A DNA stretch of 64,000 bases. Origin: an uncultured Acidobacteriaceae bacterium. Lineage in GTDB: Bacteria; Acidobacteriota; Terriglobia; Terriglobales; Acidobacteriaceae. Of this stretch, positions 60,551-64,000 are shown piece after piece (position 1 is the stretch's first letter; each line of letters opens with the position of its first letter). The notes under the pieces were generated by a model. The model did no database searches. It worked only from the letters and a program-made list of their open reading frames with translations, and had not been told where the DNA came from. The stretch spans positions 97,384 through 161,383 of the forward strand of contig CAVVBT010000005.1 of the NCBI GenBank assembly GCA_963746625.1, given 5' to 3'. A program made the translations under genes and the position numbers.

Positions 60551-61774
60551 ATGCCCGAGCACACGCGCGTCCCTGCAAGCTTCACCATCGGCAATGTCCG
60601 GATCGCCCCGGCGACAGTTCTCGCCCCCATGGCCGGAGTCACAGACACGGTCTTCCGCCGCTTCATCAAGAACGCCAGCCAGTTCTCGGCACAATTCTCC
60701 AGCACCGACGTGGAAGCCACGCAGACCAACCAGCAATCCGGCTGTGGCCTCATCATGACGGAGTTCACCTCGGCCGACGGCCTCTCCCGCATGCGCGAGA
60801 CCAAGCGCAAGCGCTACCTCACCTACTACGACGACGAGCACCCCATCTCGGCGCAGCTCTTCGGCTCCAACCCCGAGACCCTCGCCGACTCCGCCCGCAT
60901 CGTTCAGGACGCCGGCTTCGACCTTGTTGACCTCAACCTCGGCTGCCCCGCCAAGCGTGTCGTAGCGTGCAACGGCGGCTCCGGACTCCTCAAAGATCTT
61001 CCGCAGATCGAGCGCATCTTCAAAGCCATCCGCGCCGCCGTCACTATTCCGTTCACGGTCAAGTTCCGCATGGGCTGGAACGACCAGCACATCGTCTGCG
61101 TCGATCTCGCGCGCATGGCCGAAGACTGCGGCCTCAACGCCTGCGCTCTCCACGCCCGCACCCGCGAAGACGGTTACACCGGCCAGGCGCGCTGGGAGTA
61201 CATCGCCGCCGTCAAAGACGCCGTCTCCATCCCCGTCATCGGCAACGGAGACATCCGCACGCCCGAAGACGCCGCCGCCATGGTCGAAGCCACCCACTGC
61301 GACGCCGTCATGATCGGCCGCACCGCCCCGGCCAATCCGTGGATCTTCCGCCAGATCGCCCAGTACACCGCCTCGAAAGAGGCCACCGGCACCGGCACCT
61401 ACGATCACCCCACCGACCAGGATCGCTACCGCATGATCCGGACCTACTTCCAGATGCTGGTCGACGAGATCGCTTTAGAAGAGGCCGCCGAAGCCGCCCG
61501 CGCCGAGGCCATCATCGCCTCCGGCCAGATCGCCCGCGAGCAGCGCCACCGCGACTGCGTCGGCAAGATGAAGCAGTTCGCCAGCTGGTTCACCCACGGC
61601 GTCCCCGGCGGCAGCACCCTCCGCAAACAGATCTTCGAATCAAAGAATGGCGACACAGTCCTCGCAGCCATCGAGCGCTTCTTCGAGGCCCGCGCGGAAA
61701 ACCCGCCTCTTCCCGCAACAGATTCAGAGCAGGACGAAGAGCTCCTCACCGCCGCTGCCGCATATTGCGACTGA
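60551..61774 (+). CDS. dusB: tRNA-dihydrouridine synthase B
   Basis: LAPMAGVTD, QLFGS, DLNLGCP, HARTR, GNGDI, MIGR. Confidence 0.9.
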   Translation: MPEHTRVPASFTIGNVRIAPATVLAPMAGVTDTVFRRFIKNASQFSAQFSSTDVEATQTNQQSGCGLIMTEFTSADGLSRMRETKRKRYLTYYDDEHPISAQLFGSNPETLADSARIVQDAGFDLVDLNLGCPAKRVVACNGGSGLLKDLPQIERIFKAIRAAVTIPFTVKFRMGWNDQHIVCVDLARMAEDCGLNACALHARTREDGYTGQARWEYIAAVKDAVSIPVIGNGDIRTPEDAAAMVEATHCDAVMIGRTAPANPWIFRQIAQYTASKEATGTGTYDHPTDQDRYRMIRTYFQMLVDEIALEEAAEAARAEAIIASGQIAREQRHRDCVGKMKQFASWFTHGVPGGSTLRKQIFESKNGDTVLAAIERFFEARAENPPLPATDSEQDEELLTAAAAYCD

Positions 61775-61832
61775 GCACCACTTCCAACGCAGTCTTTGAC
61801 CAACCTCAAACGTTTCATTACAGTTTCGTCTC

Positions 61833-62744
61833 ATGAGACGAATCCTCCTGCTCACCTGCCTGCTCTCACTCTCCGCGTCATCTTTAGTAGCCCAGCCTCA
61901 ACCCACACGCCCAGCCATTACCGGAGTCGCCTTCGCCCGCTTCTACACCACCAATCCCGACGCGGCGGAGAGGTTCTATGGCACCACCCTCGGCTTCGAG
62001 CGAAAGCAGGCCGACGGAATGTGGCTCTACCCGGTCAACCAGTCACAGTGGATTGAACTCATCACCAAAACACCACCGCCGCGAGCCGACAACCGACTCG
62101 CTGCAGTAGCCTTCACCACCACCGACGCCCAGCAACTCGAACACTACCTGGAATCCAAAGGCATCAAGCCAGAACAGCCACTCAAAAAAGGTCAGTTCGG
62201 AGTCCGCGACCCCGAGGGCAACCTCGTCATTTTCGTCCAGAAGGGATCCGAAAAACCCGTAGCGACAGCGCCTGCTTCTCCCAACGCCACCAGCACCCGA
62301 ATCATCCACGTAGGCTTCATGGTCACCGATCAGGCGAAAGAAGACGCGTTCTGGAAAGGCATTCTCGGCTTCCGCCCTTACTGGCACGGCGGCCCAAAGC
62401 CTGATGTAGACAACTGGGTCAGCATCCAGGTCCCCGACGGCACCGACTGGCTCGAGTACATGCTCAACAACGGGCCCAACCCGACACTTCAACACGCGGG
62501 GGTCATGGACCACTTCTCGCTCGGCGTCGTGAGCATGCCTGACACGGTCGTCGCCCTTGCCCGCAACCACTGCGAAGGCGCCAATTGCACCAAGAGCCAG
62601 CTGGGCCGCGATGGCAAGGTACAGCTCAACCTCTACGACCCCGACATGACCCGCGTCGAGTTCATGGAGTTCGCACCCACCCAGGAACCCTGCTGCTCGC
62701 CCTTCACCGGCAAGCACCCGACTGCCGGCGACGAGAATAAATAG
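61833..62744 (+). CDS. Secreted tandem VOC (glyoxalase-like) protein
   Basis: Signal peptide; two VOC modules (RDPEGNL; RIIHVGF, DHFSLGV, DPD.TRVE). Confidence 0.8.
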   Translation: MRRILLLTCLLSLSASSLVAQPQPTRPAITGVAFARFYTTNPDAAERFYGTTLGFERKQADGMWLYPVNQSQWIELITKTPPPRADNRLAAVAFTTTDAQQLEHYLESKGIKPEQPLKKGQFGVRDPEGNLVIFVQKGSEKPVATAPASPNATSTRIIHVGFMVTDQAKEDAFWKGILGFRPYWHGGPKPDVDNWVSIQVPDGTDWLEYMLNNGPNPTLQHAGVMDHFSLGVVSMPDTVVALARNHCEGANCTKSQLGRDGKVQLNLYDPDMTRVEFMEFAPTQEPCCSPFTGKHPTAGDENK

Positions 62745-62745
62745 T

Positions 62746-63519
62746 TCACGGCACGCGTGTCAGTGTCAGGTTGGCCGTTGTCTCAATGGGCTTCTGCTCT
62801 TTGTCGAGCATCACAAGAGTCTTTCCATCATCCTGCACAAGGTACGACTCCGAGCCCTTCTCATTCTCGGGATTCAGCTGATAAACCGTTGCATTCTCAT
62901 CCGTCGCGTCCCCTCGCAACAGCGTCCAGTCGCCGCGATCCGAGAATGTAACATCACCCTTTGGCGCGCCGCGATAAGTCTGCGTCCGCACATAAAACGC
63001 ATAGGTGAAGTCAAACTTCCCCTTCGTATACATGCGCAACGTCGTCTCCAACCCCTCGCAATCCGCACAAGGCAACGTCCCCTTATAAACCCCAAGCAAT
63101 ATCGCCGTCCCCACGCGCGGAGACCCCAGAGCAATGTGCACCCGCACGGAATAAGCCGACGTATCCTGCGGAGCCGCACCCGGCACCTTCTCCGGCGTCT
63201 CAAATCCAAACACTGCTGCCGTGTCACCGACTGAAGCCGCATTGAACCGGAACCGACGCACCTTATCAGTTGTCTTGTTCCCAGTCGCCGCTGGTTCATC
63301 TCCGCTCGTCAACAACGACAGGCCCGAAGCCTTCGGCAGATGCAGCACCCACCCAAACCCATTCACATCTCCCGACGACAACTCCACTACCAGCGTGTCG
63401 CCCAGGTTGAGAAAGACATCCGTGCGGTTATCCGCTTCAGCCAGCGTCACCGTCTTGGCCTTCGCCGCGGTCGCAAGAGCCATCATCACAACAAACACCA
63501 CAAGACGTCGCACGATCAT
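62746..63519 (-). CDS. Secreted fusion: chagasin/I42-like Ig domain plus NlpE N-terminal (CutF-like) domain
   Basis: L.LGDTLVVEL..G..GFGW...F.F.A..VG; then GVYKGTLPCADCEGLETTL. Confidence 0.75.
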   Translation of the reverse strand: MIVRRLVVFVVMMALATAAKAKTVTLAEADNRTDVFLNLGDTLVVELSSGDVNGFGWVLHLPKASGLSLLTSGDEPAATGNKTTDKVRRFRFNAASVGDTAAVFGFETPEKVPGAAPQDTSAYSVRVHIALGSPRVGTAILLGVYKGTLPCADCEGLETTLRMYTKGKFDFTYAFYVRTQTYRGAPKGDVTFSDRGDWTLLRGDATDENATVYQLNPENEKGSESYLVQDDGKTLVMLDKEQKPIETTANLTLTRVP

Positions 63520-63536
63520 CGGAACCTCCTTAAAAA

Positions 63537-64000
63537 TCAGGCCCCACTTCTCTTGCGCCACACCACCTTCACCTTATCGCGCCAGCGTTCATCGAGCGCC
63601 ACCAGCGTCCACTCCACACGAGGAGAAAGATACCGCAATACCACCTCCGTCGCCGGATGAACCCGCAGCGCCGGAGCCACGAGGTACAGCCGCGGAGCCT
63701 CCGGCGACAACCGCAACCCGCCAAAGTACCCATGCCGTTGAAACTCTCCCAACCCCGTCACGTTATCGGGATTCTGCAGATGATGCCACCGCACCCGCAC
63801 CCAATAGTCCAGCCCCTGCAGCGCCAGATGCAGATCTTCATCCGCCTTGAGCTCAATCACCGCCAGCCGCCCATCGTCAGTCATGCCCAACAGATCGAGC
63901 ATCCCGCGATCGCTCGCCGCAAACGCAGGCACCTGCGTGTAAACATGCTCAGCCCGCAGGTGCGCATCGATCAACGAAACATCCCGCCTTAACACGCTCT
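63537..64000 (-). CDS. PD-(D/E)XK nuclease-like protein, C-terminal part (start outside window)
   Basis: MLDLLG...GRLAVIELKADEDLHLALQGLDYW: D...E-x-K and QxxxY motifs. Confidence 0.65.
   Translation of the reverse strand, partial: SVLRRDVSLIDAHLRAEHVYTQVPAFAASDRGMLDLLGMTDDGRLAVIELKADEDLHLALQGLDYWVRVRWHHLQNPDNVTGLGEFQRHGYFGGLRLSPEAPRLYLVAPALRVHPATEVVLRYLSPRVEWTLVALDERWRDKVKVVWRKRSGA

Overview
A 64 kb chromosomal segment whose gene content suggests an Acidobacteriota (Terriglobia-like) genome: ADOP permease, Oar-type TonB-dependent receptor, PEP-CTERM protein and dense intergenic palindromic repeats. Housekeeping content: gcvT/H/PA/PB operon, tRNA-Arg(CCG), ABC-F, DEAD-box helicase, msrA, a site-2 protease-trpS-scpA-scpB-rluB scaffold interrupted by passenger genes, moaA, cysS, tsaD, cca, kdsA, rpmE and dusB. 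Accessory content: GH10 xylanase, PL10 pectate lyase, a ForC/ForE-like formate dehydrogenase pair, a BrnT/BrnA-type TA pair and a GAF-GGDEF protein. Next to the tRNA is a decayed island with a large-serine-recombinase remnant that ends inside the tRNA and a chain of four truncated signalling-gene fragments. The + strand switches from G-rich to C-rich between about 44 and 52 kb, as expected at a replication terminus. At least 16 genes, including tsaD and scpA, are broken by single-base indels, mostly +1 insertions, so many apparent pseudogenes are probably sequencing errors. I found no CRISPR array, rRNA or intact mobile element, and no complete novel multi-gene system. The best leads are the island, the repeat families (a covarying GAA mini-hairpin cluster and an 11-bp-phased array), the skew switch and several unusual stand-alone genes.
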